Positions 42,701 through 55,930 of a stretch of DNA of 64,000 nucleotides are shown here, one piece after another. Under the pieces are notes generated by a model, which made no database searches, was not told where the DNA came from, and saw only the letters and a list, made by a program, of their open reading frames with translations. The DNA comes from Azolla caroliniana. Taxonomy: Eukaryota > Plantae > Polypodiophyta. The DNA is taken from contig JBHGNT010000021.1 of assembly GCA_043228905.1 (NCBI GenBank), positions 1 through 64,000 of the forward strand, given 5' to 3'. The position numbers were made by a program, and so were the translations under genes. Numbering within the stretch: position 1 is the first letter of the stretch; each line of letters begins with the position of its first letter.

Positions 42701-43420
42701 CATGTTTGAACACAAAATTCCGATATCAGACTCGCTAGGTATGAACATTTGAATTTACTCAAGGGCCCCTCTCAACTCCCTCCTCAAATTTGGTAATTTC
42801 GTCATGTCTCTCGACCTTAGTTTCAAAATCTTGATTTTTTAATTCCATATCATAGCTAGCGTTGTTAGCTTCGATTCGCATGTTTGAACACAAAAATCCG
42901 ATATCACACGAGCCAGGTATGAACATTTTAATTTACTCAAGGGCTCCTCTCAACTCCCTCGTCAAGGTTGCTAATTTCGTCATGTCTCTCGACCTGAGTT
43001 TCAAAATCTTGATTTTTTAATTCCATATCATAGCTAGCGTTGTTAGCTTCGTTTCGCATGTTTGAACACAAAAATCCGATATCACACTCGCTAGGTATGA
43101 CCATTTTAATTTACTCAAGGGCTCCTCTCAACTCACTCCTCAAATTTACTAATTTCGTCATGTCTCTCGACCTTAGTTTCAAAATCTTGATTTTTTAATT
43201 CCATATCATAGCTAGCGTTGTTAGCTTCAATTCGCATGTTTGAACACAAAAATCCGATATCACACGAGCCAGGTATGAACATTTTAATTCACTCACGCGC
43301 TCTTCCAACCTCACTCCTCAAATTTGGTAATTTCGTCATGTCTGTCGACTGGAGTTTCAAAATCTTGATTTTGTAATTCCATATCATAGCTAGCGTTGTT
43401 AGCTTCGATTCGCATGTTTG
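39800..43420 (+). repeat. 7-monomer higher-order repeat, period 1246 bp, about 3 copies (third more diverged)
   Basis: TCGCGA 39961/41207, CTCGCTTGG 40061/41307, GTCATGGTTG 40291/41537, CAGAC 40235/41481/42727. Confidence 0.85.
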
Positions 43421-46400
43421 AAGACAAAAATCCGATATCACACTCGCTAGGTATAACCATTTTAATTGACTCAAGGGCTCCTCTAAACTCACTCGTCAAG
43501 GTTGCTACTTTCGTCATGTCTCTCGATCTTAGTTTCAAAATCTTAATTTTTTAATTCCATATCATAGCTAGCATTGTTAGCTTCGATTCGCATGTTTGTA
43601 CACGAAAATCCGATATCACACTCGCTAGGTATGACCATTTTAATTTACTCAAGGGCTCCTCTCAACTCACTCCTCAAATTTGCTAATTTCGTCATGTCTC
43701 TCGACCTGAGTTTCAAAATCTTAATTTTTTAATTCCATATCATAGCTAGCGTTGTTAGCTTCGATTCGCATGTTTGTACACAAAAATCCGATATCACACT
43801 CGCTAGGTATGAACATTTTAATTTACTCAAGGGCTCCTCTCAACTCACTCCTCAAATTTGCTAATTTCGTCATGTCTCTCGACTTTAGTTTCAAAATCTT
43901 GATTTTTTAATTCCATATCATAGCTAGCGTTGTTAGCTTCGATTCGCATGTTTGAACACAAAAATCCGATATCACACGAGCTAGGTATGAACATTTTTAT
44001 TTACTCAAGGGCTCCTCTCAACTCCCTTGTCAAGGTTGCTAATTTCGTCATGTCTCTCGACCTGAGTTTCAAAATCTTGATTTTTTAATTCCATATCATA
44101 GCTAGCGTTGTTAGCTTCGATTCGCATGTTTGAACACAAAAATCCGATATCACGCTCGCTAGGTATGAACATTTTAATTTACTCAAGGGCTCCTCTCAAC
44201 TCACTCCTCAAATTTTCTAATTTCGTAATGCCTCTCGACCTGATTTTCAAAATCTTGATTTTTTAATTCCATATCATAGCTAGCGTTGTTAGCTTCGATT
44301 CCCATGTTTGAACACAAAAATCCGATATCACACGAGCTAGGTATGAACATTTTTATTTACTCAAGGGCTCCTCTCAACTCCCTCGTTAAGGTTGCTAATT
44401 TCGTCATGTCTCTCGACCTGAGTTTCAAAATCTTGATTTTTTAATTCCATATCATAGCTAGCGTTGTTAGCTTCGTTTCGCATGTTTGAACACAAAAATC
44501 CGATATCACGCTCGCTAGGTATGAACATTTTAATTTACTCAAGGGCTCCTCTCAACTCACTCCTCATATTTGCTAATTTCGTCATGCCTCTCGACCTGAT
44601 TTTCAAAATCTTGATTTTTTAATTCCATATCATAGCTAGCGTTGTTAGCTTCAATTCGCATGTTTGAACACAAAAATCCGATATCACACGAGCCAGGTAT
44701 GAACATTTTAATTCACTCACGCGCTCTTCCAACCTCACTCCTCAAATTTGGTAATTTCGTCATGTCTCTCGACTGGATTTTCAAAATCTTGATTTTGTAA
44801 TTCCATATCATAGCTAGCGTTGTTAGCTTCGATTCGCATGTTTGAACACAAAAATCCGATATCACACGAACCAGGTATGAACATTGTAATTTACCTACTA
44901 GCTCTTCTCAACTGCCTCCTCAAATTTGGAAATTTCGTCATGTCTCTCGACCTGAGTTTCAAAATCTTGATTTTATAATTCCATATCATAGCGCTTCGAT
45001 TCGCATGTTTGTACACGAAATTCCGATAGCACACTCGCTAGGTACGAACATTTTAATTTACTCAAGGGCTCCTCTCAACTCACTCCTCAAATTTGCTAAT
45101 TTCGTCATGTCTCTCGACCTGAGTTTCAAAATCTTGCTTTTTTAATTCCATATCATAGCTAGCGTTGTTAGGTTCGATTCGCATGTTTGAACACAAAAAT
45201 CCGATATCACACTCGCTAGGTATGAACATTTTAATTTACTCAAGGGCCCCTCTCAACTCACTCCTCATATTTGCTAATTTCGTCATGCCTCTCGACCTGA
45301 TTTTTAAAATCTTGATTTTTTAATTCCATATCATAGCTAGCGTTGTTAGCTTCAATTCGCATGTTTGAACACAAAAATCCGATATCACACGCGCCAGGTA
45401 TGAACATTTTAATTCACTCACGCGCTCTTCCAACCTCACTCCTCAAATTTGGTAATATCGTCATGTCTCTCGACTGGAGTTTCAAAATCTTGATTTTGTA
45501 ATTCCATATCATAGCTAGCGTTGTTAGCTTCGATTCGCATGTTTGTACACGAAATTCCGATATCACACTCGCTAGGTATGAACATTTTAATTTACTCAAG
45601 GGCTCCTCTCAACTCACTCCTCAAATTTGCTAATTTCGTCATGTCTCTCGACCTAAGTTTCAAAATCTTGATTTTGTAATTCCATATCATAGCTAGCGTT
45701 GTTAGCTTCGATTCGCATGTTTGAACACAAATATCCGATATCACACGAACCAGGTATGAACATTGTAATTTACCTACTAGGTCTTCTCAACTCCCTCCTC
45801 AAATTTGGAAATTTCGTCATGTCTCTCGACCTGAGTTTCAAAATCTTCATTTTTTAATTCCATATCATAGCTAGCGTTGTTAGCTTCGATTCGCATGTTT
45901 GTACACAGAAATCCGATATCACAAGAACCAGGTATGAACATTGTAATTTACCTACTAGCTCTTCTTAACTCCCTCCTCAAATTTGGAAATTTCGTCATGT
46001 CTCTCGACCTGAGTTTCAAAATCTTGATTTTTTAATTCCATATCATAGCTAGCGTTGTTAGCTTCGATTCGCATGTTTGTACACAAAAATCCGATATCAC
46101 ACTCGCTAGGTATGACCATTTTAATTTACTCAAGGGCTCCTCTCAACTCACTCCTCAAATTTGCTAATTTCGTCATGACTCTCGACCTGAGTTTCAAAAT
46201 CTTGCTTTTTTAATTCTAGATCATAGCTAGCGTTGTTAGGTTTGATTCGCATGTTTGAACACAAAATTCCGATATCACACTCGCTAGGTATGAACATTTT
46301 AATTTACTCAAGGGCCCCTCTCAACTCCCTCCGCAAATTTGGTAATTTCGTCATGTCTCTCGACCTTAGCTTCAAAATCTTGATTTTTTAATTCCATATC

Positions 46401-46690
46401 ATAGCTAGCGTTGTTAGCTTCGATTCGCATGTTTGTACACAAAAATCCGATATCACACTCGCTATGTATGAACATTTTAATTTACTCAAGGGCTCCTCTC
46501 AACTCACTCCTCAAATTTGTTAATTTCGTCATGTCTCTCGACCTGAGTTGCAAAATCTTGATTTTTTAATTCTATATCATAGCTAGCGTTGTTAGCTTCG
46601 ATTCGCATGTTTAAACACAAAAATCCGATATCACACCAGCCAGGTATGAACATTGTAATTTACCTAATAGCTCTTCCAACCTCACTCCTC

Positions 46691-46760
46691 ACGCGCGCTC
46701 CAACCTAATAGCTCTTCCAACATTTTAATTCACTCACGCGCTCTTCCAACCTCACTCCTC
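46691..46760 (+). other. 70-bp patchwork templated insertion within a monomer
   Basis: ACGCGCGCTCCAACCTAATAGCTCTTCCAACATTTTAATTCACTCACGCGCTCTTCCAACCTCACTCCTC, made of fragments of two monomer subtypes. Confidence 0.88.
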
Positions 46761-47583
46761 AAATTTGGTAATTTCATCATGTCTCTCGACTCGAGTTTGA
46801 AAATCTTGATTTTGTAATTCCATATCATAGCTAGTGTTGTTAGCTTCGATTCTCATGTTTGAACACAAAAATCCGATATCACAAGAACCAGGTATGAACA
46901 TTGTAATTTACCTACTAGCTCTTCTCAACTCCCTCCTCAAATTTGCTAATTTCGTCATGCCTCTCGACCTGATTTTCAAAATCTTGATTTTTTAATTCCA
47001 TATCATAGCTAGCGTTGTTAGCTTCGATTCGCATTTTTGTACACCAAATTCCGATATCACACTCGCTAGGTATGAACATTTTAATTTACTCAAGGGCTCC
47101 TCTCAACTCACTCCTCAAATTTGCTAATTTCGTCATGTCTCTCGACCTGAGTTTCAAAATCTTGATTTTTCAATTCCATATCATAGCTAGCGTTTTTAGC
47201 TTCGATTCGCATGTTTGTACACAAAAATCCGATATCACACTCGCTAGGTATGACCATTTTAATTTACTCAAGGGCTCCTCTCAACTCACTCCTCAAATTT
47301 GCTAATTTCGTCATGTCTCTCGACCTTAGTTTCAAAATCTTGATTTTTTAATTCCATATCATAGCTAGCGTTGTTAGCTTCGATTCGCATGTTTGTACAC
47401 AAAAATCCGATATCACACTCGCTAGGTATGACCATTTTAATTTACTCAAGGGCTCCTCTCAACTCACTCCTCAAATTTACTAATTTCGTCATGTCTCTCA
47501 ACCTTAGTTTCAAAATCTTGATTTTTTAATTCCATATCATAGCTAGCGTTGTTAGCTTCAATTCGCATGTTTGAACACAAAAA

Positions 47584-47597
47584 TCCGATATCCGATA
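47584..47597 (+). repeat. 7-bp tandem duplication (TCCGATA x2)
   Basis: AAATCCGATATCCGATATCA at 47581; seen once in the window. Confidence 0.9.
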
Positions 47598-47829
47598 TCA
47601 TACGAGCCAGGTATGAACATTTTAATTCACTCACGCGCTCTTCCAACCTCACTCCTCAAATTTGGTAATTTCGTCATGTCTCTCGACTGGAGTTTCAAAA
47701 TCTTGATTTTGTAATTCCATATCATAGCTAGCGTTGTTAGCTTCGATTCGCATGTTTGAACACAAAAATCCGACATCACACGAACCAGGTATGAACATTG
47801 TAATTTACCTACTAGCTCTTCTCAACTCC

Positions 47830-49610
47830 CTCCTCAAATTTGGAAATTTCGTCATGTCTCTCGACCTGAGTTTCAAAATCTTGATTTTATAATTCCATAT
47901 CATAGCTAGCGTTGTTAGCTTCGATTCGCATGTTTGTACACGAAATTCCGATATCACACTCGCTAGGTATGAACATTTTAATTTACTCAAGGGCTCCTCT
48001 CAACTCACTCCTCAAATTTGCTAATTTCGTCATGTCTCTCGACCTGAGTTTCAAAATCTTGATTTTGTAATTCCATATCATAGCTAGCGTTGTTAGCTTC
48101 GATTCGCATGTTTGAACACAAATATCCGATATCACACGAACCAGGTATGAACATTGTAATTTACCTACTAGCTCTTCTCAACTCCCTCCTCAAATTTGGA
48201 AATTTCGTCATGTCTCTCGACCTGAGTTTCAAAATCTTGATTTTTTAATTCCATATCATAGCTAGGGTTGTTAGCTTCGATTCGCATGTTTGTACACAAA
48301 AATCCGATATCACAAGAACCAGGTATGAACATTGTAATTTACCTACTAGCTCTTCTCAACTCCCTCCTCAAATTTGGAAATTTCGTCATGTCTCTCGACC
48401 TGAGTTTCAAAATCTTGATTTTTTAATTCCATATCAGAGCTAGCGTTGTTAGCTTCGATTCGCATTTTTGTACACAAAATTCCGATATCACACTCGCTAG
48501 GTATGAACATTTTAATTTACTCAAGGGCTCCTCTCAACTCACTCCTCAAATTTGCTAATTTCGTCATGTCTCTCGACCTGAGTTTCAAAATCTTGATTTT
48601 TCAATTCCATATCATAGCTAGCGTTTTTAGCTTCGATTCGCATGTTTGTACACAAAAATCCGATATCACGGTCGCTAGGTATGACCATTTTAATTTACTC
48701 AAGGGCTCCTCTCAACTCCCTCCTCAAATTTGGAAATTTCGTCATGTCTCTCGACCTGAGTTTCAAAATCTTGATTTTATAATTCCATATCATAGCTAGC
48801 GTTGTTAGCTTCGATTCGCATGTTTGTACACGAAATTCCGATATCACACTCGCTAGGTATGAACATTTTAATTTACTCAAGGGCTCCTCTCAACTCACTC
48901 CTCAAATTTGCTAATTTCGTCATGTCTCTCGACCTGAGTTTCAAAATCTTGATTTTGTAATTCCATATCATAGCTAGCGTTGTTAGCTTCGATTCGCATG
49001 TTTGAACACAAATATCCGATATCACACGAACCAGGTATGAACATTGTAATTTACCTACTAGCTCTTCTCAACTCCCTCCTCAAATTTGGAAATTTCGTCA
49101 TGTCTCTCGACCTGAGTTTCAAAATCTTGATTTTTTAATTCCATATCATAGCTAGCGTTGTTAGCTTCGATTCGCATGTTTGTACACAAAAATCCGATAT
49201 CACAAGAACCAGGTATGAACATTGTAATTTACCTACTAGCTCTTCTCAACTCCCTCCTCAAATTTGGAAATTTCGTCATGTCTCTCGACCTGAGTTTCAA
49301 AATCTTGATTTTTTAATTCCATATCAGAGCTAGCGTTGTTAGCTTCGATTCGCATTTTTGTACACAAAATTCCGATATCACACTCGCTAGGTATGAACAT
49401 TTTAATTTACTCAAGGGCTCCTCTCAACTCACTCCTCAAATTTGCTAATTTCGTCATGTCTCTCGACCTGAGTTTCAAAATCTTGATTTTTCAATTCCAT
49501 ATCATAGCTAGCGTTTTTAGCTTCGATTCGCATGTTTGTACACAAAAATCCGATATCACGGTCGCTAGGTATGACCATTTTAATTTACTCAAGGGCTCCT
49601 CTCAACTCAC
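47830..49610 (+). repeat. 5-monomer tandem duplication, period 890 bp
   Basis: ORFs 48446/49336 and 47805/48695 are offset by 890; ATATCAGAGC lies at 48431/49321. Confidence 0.85.
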
Positions 49611-50799
49611 TCCTCAAATTTGCTAATTTCGTCATGTCTCTCGACCTTAGTTTCAAAATCTTGATTTTTTAATTCCATATCATAGCTAGCGTTGTTAGCT
49701 TCGATTCGCATGTTTGTACACAAAAATCCGATATCACACTCGCTAGGTATGACCATTTTAATTTACTCAAGGGCTCCTCTCAACTCACTCCTCAAATTTA
49801 CTAATTTCGTCATGTCTCTCAACCTTAGTTTCAAAATCTTGATTTTTTAATTCCATATCATAGCTAGCGTTGTTAGCTTCAATTCGCATGTTTGAACAGA
49901 AAAATCCGATATCATACGAGCCAGGTATGAACATTATAATTCACTCACGCGCTCTTCCAACCTCACTCCTCAAATTTGGTAATTTCGTCATGTCTCTCGA
50001 CTGGAGTTTCAAAATCTTGATTTTGTAATTCCATATCATAGCTAGCGTTGTTAGCTTCGATTCGCATGTTTGAACACAAAAATCCGATATTACACGAACC
50101 AGGTATGAACATTGTAATTTACCTACTAGCTCTTCTCAACTCCCTCCTCAAATTTGGAAATTTCGTCACGTCTCTCGACCTGAGTTTCAAAATCTTGATT
50201 TTATAATTCCATATCATAGCTAGCGTTGTTAGCTTCGATTCGCATGTTTGTACACGAAATTCCGATATCACACTCGGTAGGTATGAACATTTTAATTTAC
50301 TCAAGGGCTCCTCTCAACTCACTCCTCAAATTTGCTAATTTCGTCATGTCTCTCGACCTGAGTTTCAAAATCTTGATTTTTCAATTCCATATCATAGCTA
50401 GCGTTGTTAGCTTCGATTCGCATGTTTGAACACAAATATCCGATATCACACGAACCAGGTATGAACATTGTAATTTACCTACTAGCTCTTCTCAACTCCC
50501 TCCTAAAATTTGGAAATTTCGTCATGTCTCTCGACCTGAGTTTCAAAATCTTGATTTTTTAATTCCATATCATAGCTAGCGTTGTTAGCTTCGATTCGCA
50601 TGTTTGTACACAAAAATCCGATATCACAAGAACCAGGTATGAACATTGTAATTTACCTACTAGCTCTTCTTAACTCCCTCCTCAAATTTGGAAATTTCGT
50701 CATGTCTCTCGACCTTAGTTTCAAAATCTTGATTTTTTAATTCCTTATCATAGCTAGCGTTGTTAGCTTCGTTTCGCATGTTTGAACACAAAAATCCGA

Positions 50800-53700
50800 T
50801 ATCACACTCGCTAGGTATGACCATTTTAATTTACTCAAGGGCTCCTCTCAACTCACTCCTCAAATTTACTAATTTCGTCATGTCTCTCGACCTTAGTTTC
50901 AAAATCTTGATTTTTTAATTCCATATCATAGCTAGCGTTGTTAGCTTCAATTCGCATGTTTGAACACAAAAATCCGATATCACACGAGCCAGGTATGAAC
51001 ATTTTAATTCACTCACGCGCTCTTCCAACCTCACTCCTCAAATTTGGTAATTTCGTCATGTCTCTCGACTGGAGTTTCAAAATCTTGATTTTGTAATTCC
51101 ATATCATAGCTAGCGTTGTTAGCTTCGATTCGCATGTTTGAAGACAAAAATCCGATATCACACTCGCTAGGTATAACCATTTTAATTGACTCAAGGGCTC
51201 CTCTAAACTCACTCGTCAAGGTTGCTACTTTCGTCATGTCTCTCGATCTTAGTTTCAAAATCTTAATTTTTTAATTCCATATCATAGCTAGCATTGTTAG
51301 CTTCGATTCGCATGTTTGTACACGAAAATCCGATATCACACTCGCTAGGTATGACCATTTTAATTTACTCAAGGGCTCCTCTCAACTCACTCCTCAAATT
51401 TGCTAATTTCGTCATGTCTCTCGACCTGAGTTTCAAAATCTTAATTTTTTAATTCCATATCATAGCTAGCGTTGTTAGCTTCGATTCGCATGTTTGTACA
51501 CAAAAATCCGATATCACACTCGCTAGGTATGAACATTTTAATTTACTCAAGGGCTCCTCTCAACTCACTCCTCAAATTTGCTAATTTCGTCATGTCTCTC
51601 GACTTTAGTTTCAAAATCTTGATTTTTTAATTCCATATCATAGCTAGCGTTGTTAGCTTCGATTCGCATGTTTGAACACAAAAATCCGATATCACACGAG
51701 CTAGGTATGAACATTTTTATTTACTCAAAGGCTCCTCTCAACTCCCTTGTCAAGGTTGCTAATTTCGTCATGTCTCTCGACCTGAGTTTCAAAATCTTGA
51801 TTTTTTAATTCCATATCATAGCTAGCGTTGTTAGCTTCGATTCGCATGTTTGAACACAAAAATCCGATATCACGCTCGCTAGGTATGAACATTTTAATTT
51901 ACTCAAGGGCTCCTCTCAACTCACTCCTCAAATTTGCTAATTTCGTAATGCCTCTCGACCTGATTTTCAAAATCTTGATTTTTTAATTCCATATCATAGC
52001 TAGCGTTGTTAGCTTCGATTCCCATGTTTGAACACAAAAATCCGATATCACACGAGCTAGGTATGAACATTTTTATTTACTCAAGGGCTCCTCAAATTTA
52101 CACGAGCTAGGTATGAACATTGTAATTTACACGAGCTAGGTATGAACATTGTAATTTACCTACTAGCTCTTCTCAACTCCCTCCTCAAATTTGGAAATTT
52201 CGTCATGTCTCTCGACCTGAGTTTCAAAATCTTGATTTTATAATTCCATATCATAGCTAGCGTTGTTAGCTTCGATTCGCATGTTTGTACACGAAATTCC
52301 GATATCACACTCGCTAGGTATGAACATTTTAATTTACTCAAGGGCTCCTCTCAACTCACTCCTCAAATTTGCTAATTTCGTCATGTCTCTCGATCTGAGT
52401 TTCAAAATCTTGATTTTGTAATTCCATATCATAGCTAGCGTTGTTAGCTTCGATTCGCATGTTTGAACACAAATATCCGATATCACACGAACCAGGTATG
52501 AACATTGTAATTTACCTACTAGCTCTTCTCAACTCCCTCCTCAAATTTGGAAATTTCGTCATGTCTCTCGACCTGAGTTTCAAAATCTTGAATTTTTCAA
52601 TTCCTTATCATAGCTAGCGTTGTTAGCTTCGATTCGCATGTTTGTACACAAAAATCCGATATCACACTCGCTAGGTATGACCATTTTAATTTACTCAAGG
52701 GCTCCTCTCAACTCACTCCTCAAATTTGCTAATTCCGTCATGACTCTCGACCTTAGTTTCAAAATCTTGCTTTTTTAATTCTAGATCATAGCTAGCGTTG
52801 TTAGGTTTGATTCGCATGTTTGAACACAAAATTCCGATATCACACTCGCTAGGTATGAACATTTTAATTTACTCAAGGGCCCCTCTCAACTCCCTCCTCA
52901 AATTTGCTAATTTCGTCATGTCTCTCGACCTTAGTTTCAAAATCTTGATTTTTTAATTCCATATCATAGCTAGCGTTGTTAGCTTTGATTCGCATGTTTG
53001 TACACAAAAATCCGATATCACACTCGCTATGTATGAACATTTTAATTTACTCAAGGGCTCCTCTCAACTCACTCCTCAAAGTTGGTAATTTCGTCATGTC
53101 TCTCGACCTGAGTTTCAAAATCTTGATTTTTTAATTCCATATCATAGCTAGCGTTGTTAGCTTCGATTCGCATGTTTGAACACAAAAATCCGATATCACA
53201 AGAACCAGGTATGAACATTGTAATTTACCTACTAGCTCTTCTCAACTCCCTCCTCAAATTTGCTAATTTCGTCATGCCTCTCGACCTGATTTTCAAAATC
53301 TTGATTTTTTAATTCCATATCATAGCTAGCGTTGTTAGCTTCGATTCGCATTTTTGTACACCAAATTCCGATATCACACTCGCTAGGTATGAACATTTTA
53401 ATTTACTCAAGGGCTCCTCTCAACTCACTCCTCAAATTTGCTAATTTCGTCATGTCTCTCGACCTGAGTTTCAAAATCTTGATTTTTCAATTCCATATCA
53501 TAGCTAGCGTTTTTAGCTTCGATTCGCATGTTTGTACACGAAAATCCGATATCACACTCGCTAGGTATGACCATTTTAATTTACTCAAGGGCTCCTCTCA
53601 ACTCACTCCTCAAATTTACTAATTTCGTGATGTCTCTCGACCTTAGTTTCAAAATCTTGATTTTTTAATTCCATATCATAGCTAGCGTTGTTAGCTTCAA

Positions 53701-55930
53701 TTCGCATGTTTGAACACAAAAATCCGATATCACACGAGCCAGGTATGAACATTTTAATTCACTCACGCGCTCTTCCAACCTCACTCCTCAAATTTGGTAA
53801 TTTCGTCATGTCTCTCGACTGGAGTTTCAAAATCTTGATTTTGTAATTCCATATCATAGCTAGCGTTGTTAGCTTCGATTCGCATGTTTGAAGACAAAAA
53901 TCCGATATCACACTCGCTAGGTATAACCATTTTAATTGACTCAAGGGCTCCTCTAAACTCACTCGTCAAGGTTGCTACTTTCGTCATGTCTCTCGATCTT
54001 AGTTTCAAAATCTTAATTTTTTAATTCCATATCATAGCTAGCATTGTTAGCTTCGATTCGCATGTTTGTACACGAAAATCCGATCTCACACTCGCTAGGT
54101 ATGACCATTTTAATTTACTCAAGGGCTCCTCTCAACTCACTCCTCAAATTTGCTAATTTCGTGATGTCTCTCGACCTGAGTTTCAAAATCTTAATTTTTT
54201 AATTCCATATCATAGCTAGCGTTGTTAGCTTCGATTCGCATGTTTGTACACAAAAATCCGATATCACACTCGCTAGGTATGAACATTTTAATTTACTCAA
54301 GGGCTCCTCTCAACTCACTCCTCAAATTTGCTAATTTCGTCATGTCTCTCGACTTTAGTTTCAAAATCTTGATTTTTTAATTCCATATCATAGCTAGCGT
54401 TGTTAGCTTCGATTCGCATGTTTGAACACAAAAATCCGATATCACACGAGCTAGGTATGAACATTTTTATTTACTCAAAGGCTCCTCTCAACTCCCTTGT
54501 CAAGGTTGCTAATTTCGTCATGTCTCTCGACCTGAGTTTCAAAATCTTGATTTTTTAATTCCATATCATAGCTAGCGTTGTTAGCTTCGATTCGCATGTT
54601 TGAACACAAAAATCCGATATCACGCTCGCTAGGTATGAACATTTTAATTTACTCAAGGGCTCCTCTCAACTCACTCCTCAAATTTGCTAATTTCGTAATG
54701 CCTCTCGACCTGATTTTCAAAATCTTGATTTTTTAATTCCATATCATAGCTAGCGTTGTTAGCTTCGATTCCCATGTTTGAACACAAAAATCCGATATCA
54801 CACGAGCTAGGTATGAACATTTTTATTTACTCAAGGGCTCCTCAAATTTACACGAGCTAGGTATGAACATTGTAATTTACACGAGCTAGGTATGAACATT
54901 GTAATTTACCTACTAGCTCTTCTCAACTCCCTCCTCAAATTTGGAAATTTCGTCATGTCTCTCGACCTGAGTTTCAAAATCTTGATTTTATAATTCCATA
55001 TCATAGCTAGCGTTGTTAGCTTCGATTCGCATGTTTGTACACGAAATTCCGATATCACACTCGCTAGGTATGAACATTTTAATTTACTCAAGGGCTCCTC
55101 TCAACTCACTCCTCAAATTTGCTAATTTCGTCATGTCTCTCGACCTGAGTTTCAAAATCTTGATTTTGTAATTCCATATCATAGCTAGTGTTGTTAGCTT
55201 CGATTCGCATGTTTGAACACAAATATCCGATATCACACGAACCAGGTATGAACATTGTAATTTACCTACTAGCTCTTCTCAACTCCCTCCTCAAATTTGG
55301 AAATTTCGTCATGTCTCTCGACCTGAGTTTCAAAATCTTGAATTTTTCAATTCCTTATCATAGCTAGCGTTGTTAGCTTCGATTCGCATGTTTGTACACA
55401 AAAATCCGATATCACACTCGCTAGGTATGACCATTTTAATTTACTCAAGGGCTCCTCTCAACTCACTCCTCAAATTTGCTAATTCCGTCATGACTCTCGA
55501 CCTTAGTTTCAAAATCTTGCTTTTTTAATTCTAGATCATAGCTAGCGTTGTTAGGTTTGATTCGCATGTTTGAACACAAAATTCCGATATCACACTCGCT
55601 AGGTATGAACATTTTAATTTACTCAAGGGCCCCTCTCAACTCCCTCCTCAAATTTGCTAATTTCGTCATGTCTCTCGACCTTAGTTTCAAAATCTTGATT
55701 TTTTAATTCCATATCATAGCTAGCGTTGTTAGCTTTGATTCGCATGTTTGTACACAAAAATCCGATATCACACTCGCTATGTATGAACATTTTAATTTAC
55801 TCAAGGGCTCCTCTCAACTCACTCCTCAAAGTTGGTAATTTCGTCATGTCTCTCGACCTGAGTTTCAAAATCTTGATTTTTTAATTCCATATCATAGCTA
55901 GCGTTGTTAGCTTCGATTCGCATGTTTGAA
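50800..55930 (+). repeat. 15-monomer tandem duplication, period 2750 bp, including the 79-bp insertion monomer
   Basis: ORF pairs 51009/53759, 51031/53781 and 52156/54906 are offset by 2750 (15x178+79+1). Confidence 0.85.
52079..52157 (+). other. 79-bp complex insertion with two tandem 29-bp units; further copies at ~54829, ~57046 and ~59263
   Basis: ACTCAAGGGCTCCTC-AAATTT-(ACACGAGCTAGGTATGAACATTGTAATTT)x2, with the 29-mers at 52100 and 52129. Confidence 0.9.

Noticed and set aside
23531-46760. Identical 46-bp size of the deletion and of the 70-versus-24-bp difference
   Set aside because: The two events involve different monomer positions and sequences; treated as coincidence.
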